DNA of 64,000 nucleotides from an uncultured delta proteobacterium (GCA_963767925.1 CAVYGB010000008.1:2560001-2624000); one strand, 5' to 3'; counted from the first letter of the stretch, positions 43,842 to 53,985 are shown. The notes: generated from the letters alone by a model not told the origin. Program-made: numbers and translations.

Positions 43842-45224
43842 GTGCTCCCCTCCAGGGCGGCTGCCACCAGGGCCCACACCACCCGGCTGTCCGGCTGGGG
43901 GGCCAACCTGCGCGCCGATTGCGTGCTGCGCGAGCCGGAGAGCTGCCAGGACGTCAAGGCCTGGCTCGATCGCGCCGGGATCATCGCCCGCGGACTCGGG
44001 CGCAGCTACGGCGACGCGGCGCTGAACGCCGACGGCCGGGTCCTCGGCATGCGCCGCTTCGATCGCTGCCTCGCGTTCGACGCGGCCAGCGGCACCCTCA
44101 CCTGCGAGGCGGGGGTGACCCTGGCGGACATCATCCGCACCTTCACCCCCCGCGGCTGGTTTCCCATGATCACCCCCGGGACGAAGTTCGTCTCGGTCGG
44201 CGGCTGCATCGCGAGCGACGTCCATGGCAAGGCCCACCACGCCGACGGAACGTTCAGCACCTGCGTCAGCGAGATGTCCGTCCTGCTCGCCAGCGGCGAG
44301 GTGGTGGTGGCCAGCCGCACCGAGAACCCGGATCTCTTCTGGGGCACCTTCGGCGGCATGGGGCTGCTCGGCATCGTGCTGACCGCGACCATCCGGCTGC
44401 GAAGGATCGAGACGACATACTTCCGCCAGCGGGCCATCCCGACCGGGGACCTGGCCGAGATGCTGGCCGCGCTCGACGAGAACGACAGCGCGTTCCCCTA
44501 TTCGGTCGCCACCCTCGACGTGTTCGCCACCGGGGACCGGCTCGGCCGGGGCGTCGTGGTGGTGGGTGATCACGCCACCCGGGGCGACCTGCCGGAGCGC
44601 GAGCGCCGCGCGCCGCTCGCCGTCTCGGGCCCGCCCCGCTTGGGGGTGCCCTTCGAGCTGCCCACCTTCACCCTCAACCGGCTGAGCATCCGGGCGGTGA
44701 ACGCCCTCATCCAGGCGATCCTGCGGCGCTCCCCGGCGATCAACCACTACGAGCCGTTTCTCTACCCGCTCGACAAGCTGGCCAACTGGAACCGGGGCTA
44801 TGGCCGGGCCGGGTTCACCCAATATCAGTTCGTCATCCCGTTCGCCGACGGGGTTCGCCGCATGCGCGAGATCCTCACGGCCATCGTCTCCTCCGGCGAG
44901 CTGCCCTTCCTCAACGTCCTCAAGCGGTTCGGCAAGGAGAGCGGCGGCACCCTCTCCTTCCCCTGCGCCGGCTACACGCTGGCCATCGACTTTCCCATCC
45001 GGCAGGGGACGGTCGCCCTGTGCAGGCGGCTCGACGCCATGGTGCTCGACGCCGGCGGGCGGGTCTACCTGGCGAAGGACTCGTACCTCGAGGCGGCGAC
45101 CTTCCGGGCGATGTATCCCGCGATCGACCGCTGGCTGGCCACGAAGCGAAGGTACGATCCGGCTGGCGTCTTCACCTCCAACCTCGGCCGCCGCCTGGGG
45201 CTGGCCCCACCCGCCCCCAGCTGA
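43842..45224 (+). CDS. FAD-binding oxidoreductase, DprE1-like
   Basis: LSGWG, IARGLGRSYGDAA, TPGTKFVSVGGCIASDVHGK.HH, WNRGYG..GFTQYQ, GGRVYLAKD. Confidence 0.9.
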   Translation: MLPSRAAATRAHTTRLSGWGANLRADCVLREPESCQDVKAWLDRAGIIARGLGRSYGDAALNADGRVLGMRRFDRCLAFDAASGTLTCEAGVTLADIIRTFTPRGWFPMITPGTKFVSVGGCIASDVHGKAHHADGTFSTCVSEMSVLLASGEVVVASRTENPDLFWGTFGGMGLLGIVLTATIRLRRIETTYFRQRAIPTGDLAEMLAALDENDSAFPYSVATLDVFATGDRLGRGVVVVGDHATRGDLPERERRAPLAVSGPPRLGVPFELPTFTLNRLSIRAVNALIQAILRRSPAINHYEPFLYPLDKLANWNRGYGRAGFTQYQFVIPFADGVRRMREILTAIVSSGELPFLNVLKRFGKESGGTLSFPCAGYTLAIDFPIRQGTVALCRRLDAMVLDAGGRVYLAKDSYLEAATFRAMYPAIDRWLATKRRYDPAGVFTSNLGRRLGLAPPAPS

Positions 45225-45341
45225 CCCTCCGGCGGCGCGGCGGGCGGCCAGCCGCGAAAAAGATCGCGCCGGCCGAGAATATCTTTCTCGGCGTGCTGGC
45301 CCGGGGCCGGGCCTGCGCCCGCGGCGGCGCGAGCTGCTGAC

Positions 45342-45998
45342 TCAGGGGTCGAACCGGTAACCGGTGGCGCGGGCCGAGGGGCGGGCGCCGAACGCGTCGC
45401 AGAAGCGGGTCAGGTTCCCGAAGCCGCTCGTGTCGAGGACCTCGCGGAAGCCGAGGTGGGTGCCGAGGCAAAAGAGGGTGACCTCGAGGTAGCTGAGGCT
45501 CCGGCCCGCAGGCAAGGCGGCGAGGAGGTCGGGCAGCTCGCGGTCCAGCCAGGCCACCGAGTTGCCCAGGCTCTCCCGCATCTTCTCCAGATGGGCCAGC
45601 GGGCCACCTGACCCGGCGGCCTTGGCCATGATCAGGTTGACCTCGGTCGCCATGGCCTGGACCGTCACCTCCTGCGCGTTGGACAGCAACGGCGCCGCGA
45701 GCTGCTCGGGCCACACGACGTCGAGGGCCCGCGCCGACCGGCGGGCCAGCTCCCGGCAGATCCCGAGCGTCCCGAACCAGACCCCCTCGGAGGTGCGCAG
45801 GATGGGCAGCTTGAGGGCGGGGTTGCCGGCGTAGTCGCCGGGCGCGAGCGACATCAGGTCCCGCACCACCTCGAAGCCGTGGTCGACGCCCAGCTCGGCG
45901 GCGAAGATCCGGGCCGTGCGGGTGAAGTGCGAGCTGGAACGGCCGACCAAGGTAGGTTTGTCGACGTCGGGCTTGGGCGAGTCGGGTACGGGCGCCAT
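45342..45998 (-). CDS. Glutathione S-transferase-like protein
   Basis: GRSSSHFTRTARI, NPALKLPIL, ICREL, C-terminal RPS..T. Confidence 0.8.
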   Translation of the reverse strand: MAPVPDSPKPDVDKPTLVGRSSSHFTRTARIFAAELGVDHGFEVVRDLMSLAPGDYAGNPALKLPILRTSEGVWFGTLGICRELARRSARALDVVWPEQLAAPLLSNAQEVTVQAMATEVNLIMAKAAGSGGPLAHLEKMRESLGNSVAWLDRELPDLLAALPAGRSLSYLEVTLFCLGTHLGFREVLDTSGFGNLTRFCDAFGARPSARATGYRFDP

Positions 45999-46277
45999 GC
46001 CCCCGATTCTTCCACGCCCCGCCGCCCGCTGCATGCGGACCGGGACCCGACGCGCGGAGCCGGCCTCACCCCACCCCGCCCTGTCGCGGAGCCGGCACGA
46101 CACCGCCGCTGCTTCGCCCCATGTCAACCGCGTTGCGCGTTCGGTCAGGTCGGCCTGGCGACGGTTCAGCGGCCGAACGTACTGGCCCTTGCATCAGCGG
46201 GCCCACCTGGGAGATGAAGGCCGCGCCGGCGCGTCCCCGCTGACGGGAGGCGCCGGCGATGATGGGTTGATGAAAGC

Positions 46278-46949
46278 ATGCGCAAGTTCGTGATCATGGG
46301 GGTGCAGGGGAGCGGGAAGGGGACTCAGGCCAAGCTGCTCTGTGACGACCTCGACCTCGAGCACATCAGCGTGGGGGACATCTTTCGCTGGAACGTGCAG
46401 CACCACACCAAGCTGGGGGCCCAGGTGCGCCGGCTCGTGGCGAGCGGGCACCTGGTCGACGACGACCTGGTCGAGGCGGTGGTGCGCGAGCGGCTGGCCA
46501 TGCACGACTGGAACTACGGGTTCGTTGTGGACGGGTTTCCCCGCAACGCCCGCCAGGCCCAGTTCTTCCTGGAGGGCTACGACATCGACGGGGTGATCCA
46601 GCTCGACCTGCCCGACGACGAGGTGGTCCGGCGGGTCCTGGCGCGCCGGCTGTGCGCGCGCTGCGGGCTCGACTACAACCTCATCGCCCACCGGCCGGTC
46701 CGCGAGGACCGCTGCGACGTGTGCGGGGGCGCCCTGCTCTCGCGCGACGACGACAACCCGGAGGCCCTGGCCGTCCGCCTGCGCGACTACCACGACAAGA
46801 CCCGACCGGTGATCGACCTGTTCCGGCGCAAGGAGTTCGTGGCCGAGATCGACGCCACCCGCCCCCGCGAGGAGGTGCAGGCCGCCATCCGGGCACGCTT
46901 CGGGCTACCCCCCTTGAAGAGCGCCCGGCGGGCCGAGGTCCAGGACTGA
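46278..46949 (+). CDS. adk: Adenylate kinase with Zn-binding LID
   Basis: GVQGSGKGTQA, HISVGDIFR, DGFPR, CARC..CDVC, RDDD. Confidence 0.9.
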   Translation: MRKFVIMGVQGSGKGTQAKLLCDDLDLEHISVGDIFRWNVQHHTKLGAQVRRLVASGHLVDDDLVEAVVRERLAMHDWNYGFVVDGFPRNARQAQFFLEGYDIDGVIQLDLPDDEVVRRVLARRLCARCGLDYNLIAHRPVREDRCDVCGGALLSRDDDNPEALAVRLRDYHDKTRPVIDLFRRKEFVAEIDATRPREEVQAAIRARFGLPPLKSARRAEVQD

Positions 46950-46985
46950 CCGGGGCCGGGCCAGTCCCGGCCTGACCGCGAGCGG

Positions 46986-48449
46986 TCAGCGGGAAAAGTC
47001 GATGAAGCCGCGCTCGACGTCGGTGTGGTCCAGCCTGACCGTCACCCGATCGCCGACGTCCAGACCGTGAAAGCCGCGCACCACCCGCCCCTCGACCGGG
47101 GGGCGGAACACGCGGACCCAGGTCCCCTTGGCCGAGGCGCCGGTGACGATGGCGTCGAAGGTCTGCCCGACCTGGTTGCGCAGGAGCAGGGCCGCCGCCG
47201 ACTTGCGCACCTGGCGCTCGACCTTCGTGGCGTTGTCCTCCTGGGCGCTGCAGTGCTGGGCCAGGCGGGCCAGCTCTCCGTTGTCGTAGGGGACCCCGAC
47301 GCCGGCCAGGGCGGCTTTCACCAGGCGCTGGCTGATCAGGTCGGGGAAGCGGCGGTTGGGGGCGGTCGAGTGCATGTAGTCCTTCACCGCCAGCCCGAAG
47401 TGCTCGAGCGGGTGTTGCCCGGGCAGCTCCAGCGCGTATTCCCCCCGGCCAAGCAGCTTGATCACCGCCAGCGACACGTCGGGAAAGCGCAGCGGATCGC
47501 GCTGCCGCTGCCGTTCCAGGAAAGCCTCCAGGGCGGCGGCGGAGGGCGCCGGCGGCAGCGTCTCACCGTGGCTGGCGGCCAGGGCCACGATGCGCTCCCA
47601 GCGTTCGGGCGAGCGCAGGACGCGCCGGAACGAGGGGAACCGCCTGCCCTCCAGGAAGCGCGCGGTGGCCACGTTGGCCGCGATCATGAAGTCCTCGATC
47701 AGCTCCTTGGCCCGGTTCTTCTGCTCCAGGCGCAGGTCGGACACGTCGTCGCCCTCGAACACCGCGCGCGGCTCCTGGGTCTCCAGGCTCAGCGCCCCCT
47801 CCTGGTGCCGGAGGGCGCGCAGGCGCTGGGCCACTCCGTCCTGCAGGCGGATGTTCGCCTCCAGCCCGTCCACCGCGGCCAGCCGAGGCGGCGGCGGCGC
47901 GCCGCTCTCCAGCCAGGCCGCCACGCCGTTGTAGGCCAGCTTGGCCTTGTTGTGCACGCGGGCCCGGTAGTGCTCGGTCGCGCCGACGGCGCCGCTGCCA
48001 TCGACGACCAGGTCGGTCACCAGAGCCAGTCGCTCCTCCCCCTGGTTGAGCGAGGTGACGTCGGTCGACAGCAGCTCGGGCAACATCGGGAAGATCTGGG
48101 CGTCGGTGTAGACCGAGGTGGTGTTGGTCGCCGCCCGCCGATCGAGCGGCGTGCCCCGGGGGACCCTGACGTCGACATCGGCGATGGCCACCCGGATGCG
48201 GGTGCGGCCGTCGGGCAGGGCCTCGGCGACCGTGAGCTGATCCAGATCGCGCGACTCGTCGTTGTCGATCGAGCACCAGAGCAGGGCCTGCAGGTCGCGG
48301 ATGGCGGGATCGGCGGGCCCCTCGTCCCGGGCGGCGGCGCGCGCCTGGTCCAGATCGGCCTCGCTGAAGTCGGGCACCAGGCCCCGCTCGCGCATGGCCC
48401 GCTGGGCGATGGCCCGCAGGTCGCTCCGCATGCTGTTCGGCTTGTTCAT
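46986..48449 (-). CDS. RNB domain ribonuclease (RNase II/R family, short form)
   Basis: SIDNDESRDLDQ, VAIADV, LIEDFMIAAN, HFGLA..YMHSTAPNRRFPDL; C-terminal S1-like domain. Confidence 0.9.
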   Translation of the reverse strand: MNKPNSMRSDLRAIAQRAMRERGLVPDFSEADLDQARAAARDEGPADPAIRDLQALLWCSIDNDESRDLDQLTVAEALPDGRTRIRVAIADVDVRVPRGTPLDRRAATNTTSVYTDAQIFPMLPELLSTDVTSLNQGEERLALVTDLVVDGSGAVGATEHYRARVHNKAKLAYNGVAAWLESGAPPPPRLAAVDGLEANIRLQDGVAQRLRALRHQEGALSLETQEPRAVFEGDDVSDLRLEQKNRAKELIEDFMIAANVATARFLEGRRFPSFRRVLRSPERWERIVALAASHGETLPPAPSAAALEAFLERQRQRDPLRFPDVSLAVIKLLGRGEYALELPGQHPLEHFGLAVKDYMHSTAPNRRFPDLISQRLVKAALAGVGVPYDNGELARLAQHCSAQEDNATKVERQVRKSAAALLLRNQVGQTFDAIVTGASAKGTWVRVFRPPVEGRVVRGFHGLDVGDRVTVRLDHTDVERGFIDFSR

Positions 48450-48529
48450 GGCCCCGTCACTTTGCCTGGAGTGGACGGGGTGGCGGGGAAGTTTCCTTCG
48501 CCGCCTCCGGTTCGCTAGCCTGGGCGGCC

Positions 48530-49714
48530 GTGACCAAGGGCGCGCGCGACACACCGGACCGAAGACGCAGGCTGCCCCGCCCGCCGGCGGGGTCGCTCGC
48601 CCGGCATTCCTGGTTCCCCCCCCGGCCGCCGCGGATGGTGGGGCGGGCCAGCGAGCTGCGCGCCCTCGTCGCCCGCATCGAGGACCGCGGCGTCCCCCGG
48701 CTGGCGCTGGTGGGCGGCGGAGGCAGCGGCAAGTCGTTGCTGGCCTGCGCCCTGGGGCACCGGGTGCGCCCGCGGTTTCCCGGGGGCATCCACTGGCTGC
48801 GGGTCGGAAACTGGGACACCACCACGCTGTTCGAGATGCTGGCCCGGCGCCTGGGGGTGGCCCGCGCGCGCGCCGAGGCCGACCCCCTGCACGAGCACGA
48901 GCGGCGCATCGGGGAGCTGCAGCGGGCGCTGCAGGCCGCCGGCCGCAGCCTCATCGTGCTCGACAACCACGAAAACGACCGGGCGCTGGCCCGTTTCCTC
49001 GACGAGCTGCGGACCTGTCCGGTGACCTGGGTGGTGACCGCCCGCCGCTGCCTGCTGTCCGGGGTGGAGGTGTTCCCGGTGATCCCGCCGCTGGTCACCA
49101 GCGGGCGCAGCGCCTTCTCCCGGGTGGCCCCCCTTACCACCTTGCTGCGCTGGAACCCGCTCGCGCTCGACCTGGCCGACGGCCTGATCGCCGGCAAGGT
49201 CGCCACCCTGACCCGGCTGCGCCGCTACCTCGTCGAGGGCGGCGTCGAGCGGGTGGCGCCGATGCGCAACGAGGACGACGTCGCCGAGGTGCGCCTGCTG
49301 GTCGACTACGCCTGGGCCCACCTGTCGGCCGCGGCCCACCGCCTGCTGGCCGTGCTGGCCCACAGCGAGGGCGACGACGTCGACGGGGCGTCCCTGCTCC
49401 AGCTCGCGCGGGCGGGGCGCGCGGGCACATCCGCGCTGCGGGCGCTGCAGCGGCTGCGCCTGATCCAGGAGCCCCTGGCCGGCCGCTTTACCTTGCACGC
49501 GGTGGTTCGCCAGGCCGTCGCCCGCCGCACCAACGTCCCCCGCCAGCGCTACTTCCGCCACTACGTCGCCCTGCTGGAGCGACAGCCCGAACGGGTGGCC
49601 CTCGAGCAGACCCACCTCTACGCCGCCATGGACCACGCCCACGCCACCTCCGACTTGCCGTCGGCGCTGCGCCTCGAACGCCTGCTGGCCCGGCTCGACG
49701 CCACCAGCGGGTGA
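48530..49714 (+). CDS. Short NB-ARC/STAND-like NTPase
   Basis: MVGRASEL, GGGGSGKS Walker A, FPGGIHWL, LIVLDN Walker B, VVTAR, PLALDL, RFTLHAVVRQ. Confidence 0.8.
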   Translation: MTKGARDTPDRRRRLPRPPAGSLARHSWFPPRPPRMVGRASELRALVARIEDRGVPRLALVGGGGSGKSLLACALGHRVRPRFPGGIHWLRVGNWDTTTLFEMLARRLGVARARAEADPLHEHERRIGELQRALQAAGRSLIVLDNHENDRALARFLDELRTCPVTWVVTARRCLLSGVEVFPVIPPLVTSGRSAFSRVAPLTTLLRWNPLALDLADGLIAGKVATLTRLRRYLVEGGVERVAPMRNEDDVAEVRLLVDYAWAHLSAAAHRLLAVLAHSEGDDVDGASLLQLARAGRAGTSALRALQRLRLIQEPLAGRFTLHAVVRQAVARRTNVPRQRYFRHYVALLERQPERVALEQTHLYAAMDHAHATSDLPSALRLERLLARLDATSG

Positions 49715-49852
49715 CCGCCCGCCCGGGGGACGCCGCCCGCCCGGCCCGGAAGGGGGCCCAGGGCGGCTGGCCCACCTGTCCCCGGCGCTGGTATCCTCCT
49801 GCCGCTCTCGCGCCGTTCGCCGACCGGCGGGCGGCGCAGCTCCGATGAACCG

Positions 49853-50776
49853 ATGATCCACGTTCGCACCCCGCTCGTCGAATCGACCGCGCTGAGCGCG
49901 CGGCTCGGGAGGCCCGTGTGGCTCAAGCTGGAGGCGCTGCAGCCCACCGGGTCGTTCAAGGTGCGAGGCGTGGGGCGGGCCTGCGAGCGGCTCGTCGCGG
50001 CCGGCGCGACCCAGCTCGTGTCGTCGTCGGGGGGCAACGCCGGCCTGGCGGTGGCCCACGCCGGCCGTCTGCTCGGCGCGCGGGTGACCGTCTTCGTGCC
50101 CTCGACGACGGCGGCCTTCATGCTCGATCGCATGCGCGCCGAGGGCGCCCGCATCGAGGTGCGCGGCGAGGTCTGGGACCAGGCCCACGCCGCCGCGCTC
50201 GCCTTCGCCGAGGTGGAGGGCGCCGGCTACGTGCATCCCTTCGATCACCCCGACGTCTGGGCGGGCAACGCGACCCTTGTCGACGAGCTGGAGGCCCGCC
50301 CGGGCGCGGTGGTCCTGTCGGTGGGGGGCGGCGGCCTGCTGTGCGGGGTGGCCCACGGGCTGCACCGGCGCGGCTGGGCCGACGTGCCCATCGTCGCCGC
50401 CGAGACCAGCGGGGCCGCCTCGTTCGCCGCCGCGCTGCGGGCCGGCCGGCCGGTGTCCCTCGACCGGATCGACTCGCTGGCCACCTCGCTCGGCGCCCGC
50501 ACGGTGGCCGCCGAAGCCCTGGCCTGCGCCGGCCGCCACCCCATTGTCCCCTGGATCGTCCCCGACAGCGCCGCCGTCGACGCCTGCTGGCGCTTCGCCG
50601 CCGATCACCGCCTGCTGGTCGAGCCGGCCTGCGGCGCGGCCCTGTCGGCGGTCTACCAGAAGGCCCCGGCGCTGGCCGGCGCCTCCTCGGTGCTGGTGGT
50701 GGTGTGCGGCGGGTCGGGCGTGAACCTCGACCTGCTCCTGCGCTGGCAGAAGCTGGCGCCCCCCGCTCCGGGGTGA
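49853..50776 (+). CDS. PLP-dependent L-serine/threonine dehydratase
   Basis: LKLEALQPTGSFKVRG, SSGGNAG, VHPFD, SVGGGGL, LVEPACGAAL. Confidence 0.9.
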   Translation: MIHVRTPLVESTALSARLGRPVWLKLEALQPTGSFKVRGVGRACERLVAAGATQLVSSSGGNAGLAVAHAGRLLGARVTVFVPSTTAAFMLDRMRAEGARIEVRGEVWDQAHAAALAFAEVEGAGYVHPFDHPDVWAGNATLVDELEARPGAVVLSVGGGGLLCGVAHGLHRRGWADVPIVAAETSGAASFAAALRAGRPVSLDRIDSLATSLGARTVAAEALACAGRHPIVPWIVPDSAAVDACWRFAADHRLLVEPACGAALSAVYQKAPALAGASSVLVVVCGGSGVNLDLLLRWQKLAPPAPG

Positions 50777-51072
50777 GCGACACCCGTCACGAGGATCTCC
50801 TGGTTCGGGCGCGCCGAGCGGACGCCGGTCGGATCGGACGACGACCAGACGACGGACCGCCTGACCGACCAGGTGGGTCGTGGGGACCGCCGGTCAGCCG
50901 TCCACCGGTCAACTGTCCGGCAGCTCCGCCGCGACGCCGGGAGCCGGCGGCTGGAAGGCACGGCCTCGTCAGATCTGCGAGAATGCCGCGCGGAGACCGC
51001 CGGCTGGAGGTCGCGGAGGTGCTGGCCCGTCGCTTGCTGTGTTCTGATTTCAGCCCCTCCAGGAGAAGACCC

Positions 51073-51309
51073 ATGACCAACCGATCGCTGCGCCTTCACA
51101 TCGCCTTCCTGACCTTTTCCGCGCTGATGGCCGCGGGCCTGGCGGCCGCCCGCGCCGATGCGGCTGCCCCGCCCGACGCCAGGCCCGCCCATGGCTGCGG
51201 GCCCACGGCGCGCGATGGACCCGCCGCGCGGCCGAGGCGCTGGGGGCCGCGGGGGCCCGGGCCCGGTGCCAGATTCACCCCCGCGTCCGGAAGCTGCTCC
51301 GGCTCCTGA
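51073..51309 (+). CDS. Short ORF with signal peptide, probably a truncated secreted-protein gene
   Basis: AGGAG RBS; MTNRSLRLHIAFLTFSALMAAGLAAARA. Confidence 0.4.
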   Translation: MTNRSLRLHIAFLTFSALMAAGLAAARADAAAPPDARPAHGCGPTARDGPAARPRRWGPRGPGPGARFTPASGSCSGS

Positions 51310-51625
51310 AGGCGGCGGCGGTCGGGGACAGCCCTCGCTCGAGACGCTGGCCAGCCAGGTTGGTCTATCACCGGGACGGCTGATGCACGCCTTCACCAGC
51401 TCGATCGGGATCCCGCTGCGCCCCTACCTCGGCTGGCTCCGGCTCCAGCGCGCGGCGGGCGCCATCGTGTCGAACCAGCCCCTCGCGGACGCGGCCCAGG
51501 CCGCCGGCTTCGCCGACGCCGCCCACATGACCCGCACCTTCCAGCGCATGTTCGGCATCCCCCCCTCTGCCCTCCGCCCGCCAGCAACCAAGCGGCGAGC
51601 GACGGCGCTTCGGCCGTCGACCTGA
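51270..51625 (+). pseudogene. AraC-family regulator C-terminal fragment (5' truncated, frameshift near 51330)
   Basis: IHPRVRKLLRLL, then in a shifted frame SLETLASQVGLSPGRLMHAF..AGFADAAHMTRTFQRMFGIPP. Confidence 0.7.
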
Positions 51626-51644
51626 AGCCCGTCGCCCGCGAAGG

Positions 51645-52486
51645 TCAGGCGCCGTGGAGTACCCGGTGCAGGGTGGCGGCGAAGGTGTCGGGGTGGGGAG
51701 CGAAGCCCATGTGGTCGCCGGGGAAGAGGACCCGCTCGGTTCCGAGCTGCTCCGCCAGGGCCATCCCCATCTGCTCGATCGGCTGGCCGGCGGACTGCTC
51801 GCCGATGCCCACCACCACCCGCGGCTTGCCCGCGCGCAGCGCCGCGACGTCGGGCCGGTAGAAAGAGAGCGGCCGGACGCCGTGGGCCAGCCAATATTCG
51901 AAGTTGCGGCTGACCCGGGCAAACGTGTCGGCGTCTTCGGGGGTCGGGGCGAGCTCCGGCGGCGCTTCCTGGTCGGCCCCCTCGCTCAGGCCGTTGTCGG
52001 CGAAGAACTTCGCCATGGCGGCGTCCACGCCCTCGCGGCGATAGGTGTCGTGCAGATCCTCGGCGGCCGCCACCTCCGTCGCGGGGTCGGGTAGCAACAT
52101 CACGGTCGGCGGCTCGTGCGCCACCAGCGCGCGGACCAGCCCCGGGTGGCGGGCGGCGAGGTTGAGCCCGATCTGAGCGCCCCCGCTGGTCCCGAACACG
52201 TGGGCCGGTCCCCCCCGACGGCCCGGATCACCGCCGCCGCGTCGTCGCCGTGGACGTCGAGCACCTGCTCGCCGGCCTGGCCTTCGACGGTGCTGCGGGA
52301 GTTGCCCCGGGGGTCGTAGCTGACGACGGTGTAGCGGTCGGCGAGGTGGCGCGAGAGGTCGGCGAAGACGCCGGCGTCCTGCGGGCCTCCGGGGATGATC
52401 AACAAGACGGGGCCGGCGCCCCGGCGCTCGAAGTAGAGGCGGGCGCCCGGCACGTCGAGGGTGGCCGACTGAGTGTCGTTGGTCAT
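51645..52486 (-). CDS. Alpha/beta hydrolase; frameshift near 52215 (C homopolymer)
   Basis: GAGPVLLIIPGG, YDPRGNSRS, then in a shifted frame HVFGTSGGA, HEPP, PGDHMGF. Confidence 0.85.
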
Positions 52487-52543
52487 GGCAGGTCTCCTTT
52501 TTCGTTGGTCCTCGATCCAGCGTCACCGGCGGAGTCGTATATG

Positions 52544-52594
52544 AACTGGACCGTCCAGTACTGTGACTTGCCCAAAACTAGACTGTCCAGTACT
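52544..52594. promoter_or_regulatory. Two TetR-type operator palindromes
   Basis: ACTGGAC-C-GTCCAGT (52545-52559, perfect) and ACTAGAC-T-GTCCAGT (52577-52591), 32 bp apart, between the divergent hydrolase and TetR genes. Confidence 0.8.
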
Positions 52595-52632
52595 CTCGGT
52601 CAAGGTCCGAAATTCGAAGAGCCGACCAGCCA

Positions 52633-53295
52633 ATGGCGAAGCCCCTGAAAACAAAGAAGAACCCCGTCGAGCCCGAGGAGCCGAGCCATTCGGCGCGCAA
52701 GCACCAGGCGATCCTCGCGGCGGCCACCGAGGTGTTTCTCCGGGCGGGTTACCTCGGCACCAACATGGACGAGATCGCCGCGCTCTCCGAGGTCTCGAAG
52801 CAGACCGTCTACAAGCACTTCGAGAGCAAGGAGGCGCTGTTCATCGAGATCGTGAGCAGCATGACCGAGAACACCGGCGACATCGTCCGCAGCGAGGTGG
52901 CCGAGCTCGACGACGGCGGCGACCTCGCCCAGTACCTGCTCGACTACGCCTCCCGGCAGCTCACGGCGGTGCTGACCCCCCGGGTGATGCAGCTCCGGCG
53001 CCTCGTCATCGGGGAGGTCAGCCGCTTTCCCGAGCTGGCCAGGGTGCTCTACGAACGGGGCCCGCAGCGGGCGATGGAGGCCCTGGCCAGGCTCTTCCAG
53101 CATCTCGCCGCGCGCGGTCTGCTCACCATCGGGGATCCGCTGGTGGCGGCATCCCATTTCAACTGGTTGATCATGGCTGCCCCCTTGAACCAGGCCATGC
53201 TGCTGGGAGACGCGGCGATCCCCAAGCCTGCCCAGCTTCGCAGCCAGGCCGCCGAAGGCGTGCGGGTGTTCCTCGCGGCCTATCGCAAGAAGTGA
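52633..53295 (+). CDS. TetR/AcrR family regulator
   Basis: ILAAATEVFL..GY.GTNMDEIA..VSKQTVYKHFESKEALF. Confidence 0.93.
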   Translation: MAKPLKTKKNPVEPEEPSHSARKHQAILAAATEVFLRAGYLGTNMDEIAALSEVSKQTVYKHFESKEALFIEIVSSMTENTGDIVRSEVAELDDGGDLAQYLLDYASRQLTAVLTPRVMQLRRLVIGEVSRFPELARVLYERGPQRAMEALARLFQHLAARGLLTIGDPLVAASHFNWLIMAAPLNQAMLLGDAAIPKPAQLRSQAAEGVRVFLAAYRKK

Positions 53296-53337
53296 CCGAA
53301 GGGGGGAGCCGGCGAATCGCCGGCCGTCAGACGTCGG

Positions 53338-53985
53338 CTAGAAGACGGCGCGGACCAGGAAGACCAGGCCCATGCCGAGGCCCAGGCCGGTCAGCGCGAC
53401 CATGCCGATGAAGCGGTACTGCGAAGCGGTCGCGGGGCGCTGCGCCCGGCGCGGCGCGAGGGGGACCTGGCGGGTGGGGGCAGCCAGCGGTGCGGGCGTG
53501 ACCGAGGCGGGGTTCACGGACGACGGGCTCACGATCGGCAGGGGCGTCAGGGTCAGCCGGCGCTCGGCGCTCGCGTCGCGCGTCGGCGGCGCGCCCGGCT
53601 TGGCGAAGCGCGCGCTGGGCGGGACCGCGGGGGGTGCGGGGGGGGTTGCCCGGCGCGGAAGGGCCGGGACGACGGGGGGCGGGGTCCCTCGATTCGCGAG
53701 GCGCGAGACCTCGGGCCGCGGGGTCGGCTGGCCGGGGATGCGAGGGAGCGCGTCGGGAAGGGCGGGTGCGGTCTGGCGCAAGGAATGCGGGGCGGGCAAC
53801 CGCGCGCGCTGGGCGCCCCGCTCCGGGGCGACGACCGAGGCGTGGGCTCGCGCCACGAGCGACTCGGGAGACTCCAGCACCGTGCGGCCGCCCTCCTCGA
53901 AGCTCTCCTCCAGCAGACGGGCGGCTCCCCGCTCGCGCGCGTAGAGCTGCGTCGGGCTCTCCGACCAATCACCCTGCTTCGTCAT
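53338..53985 (-). CDS. Pro-rich hypothetical protein with C-terminal TM anchor
   Basis: Low-complexity body ending FIGMVALTGLGLGMGLVFLVRAVF. Confidence 0.6.
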   Translation of the reverse strand: MTKQGDWSESPTQLYARERGAARLLEESFEEGGRTVLESPESLVARAHASVVAPERGAQRARLPAPHSLRQTAPALPDALPRIPGQPTPRPEVSRLANRGTPPPVVPALPRRATPPAPPAVPPSARFAKPGAPPTRDASAERRLTLTPLPIVSPSSVNPASVTPAPLAAPTRQVPLAPRRAQRPATASQYRFIGMVALTGLGLGMGLVFLVRAVF

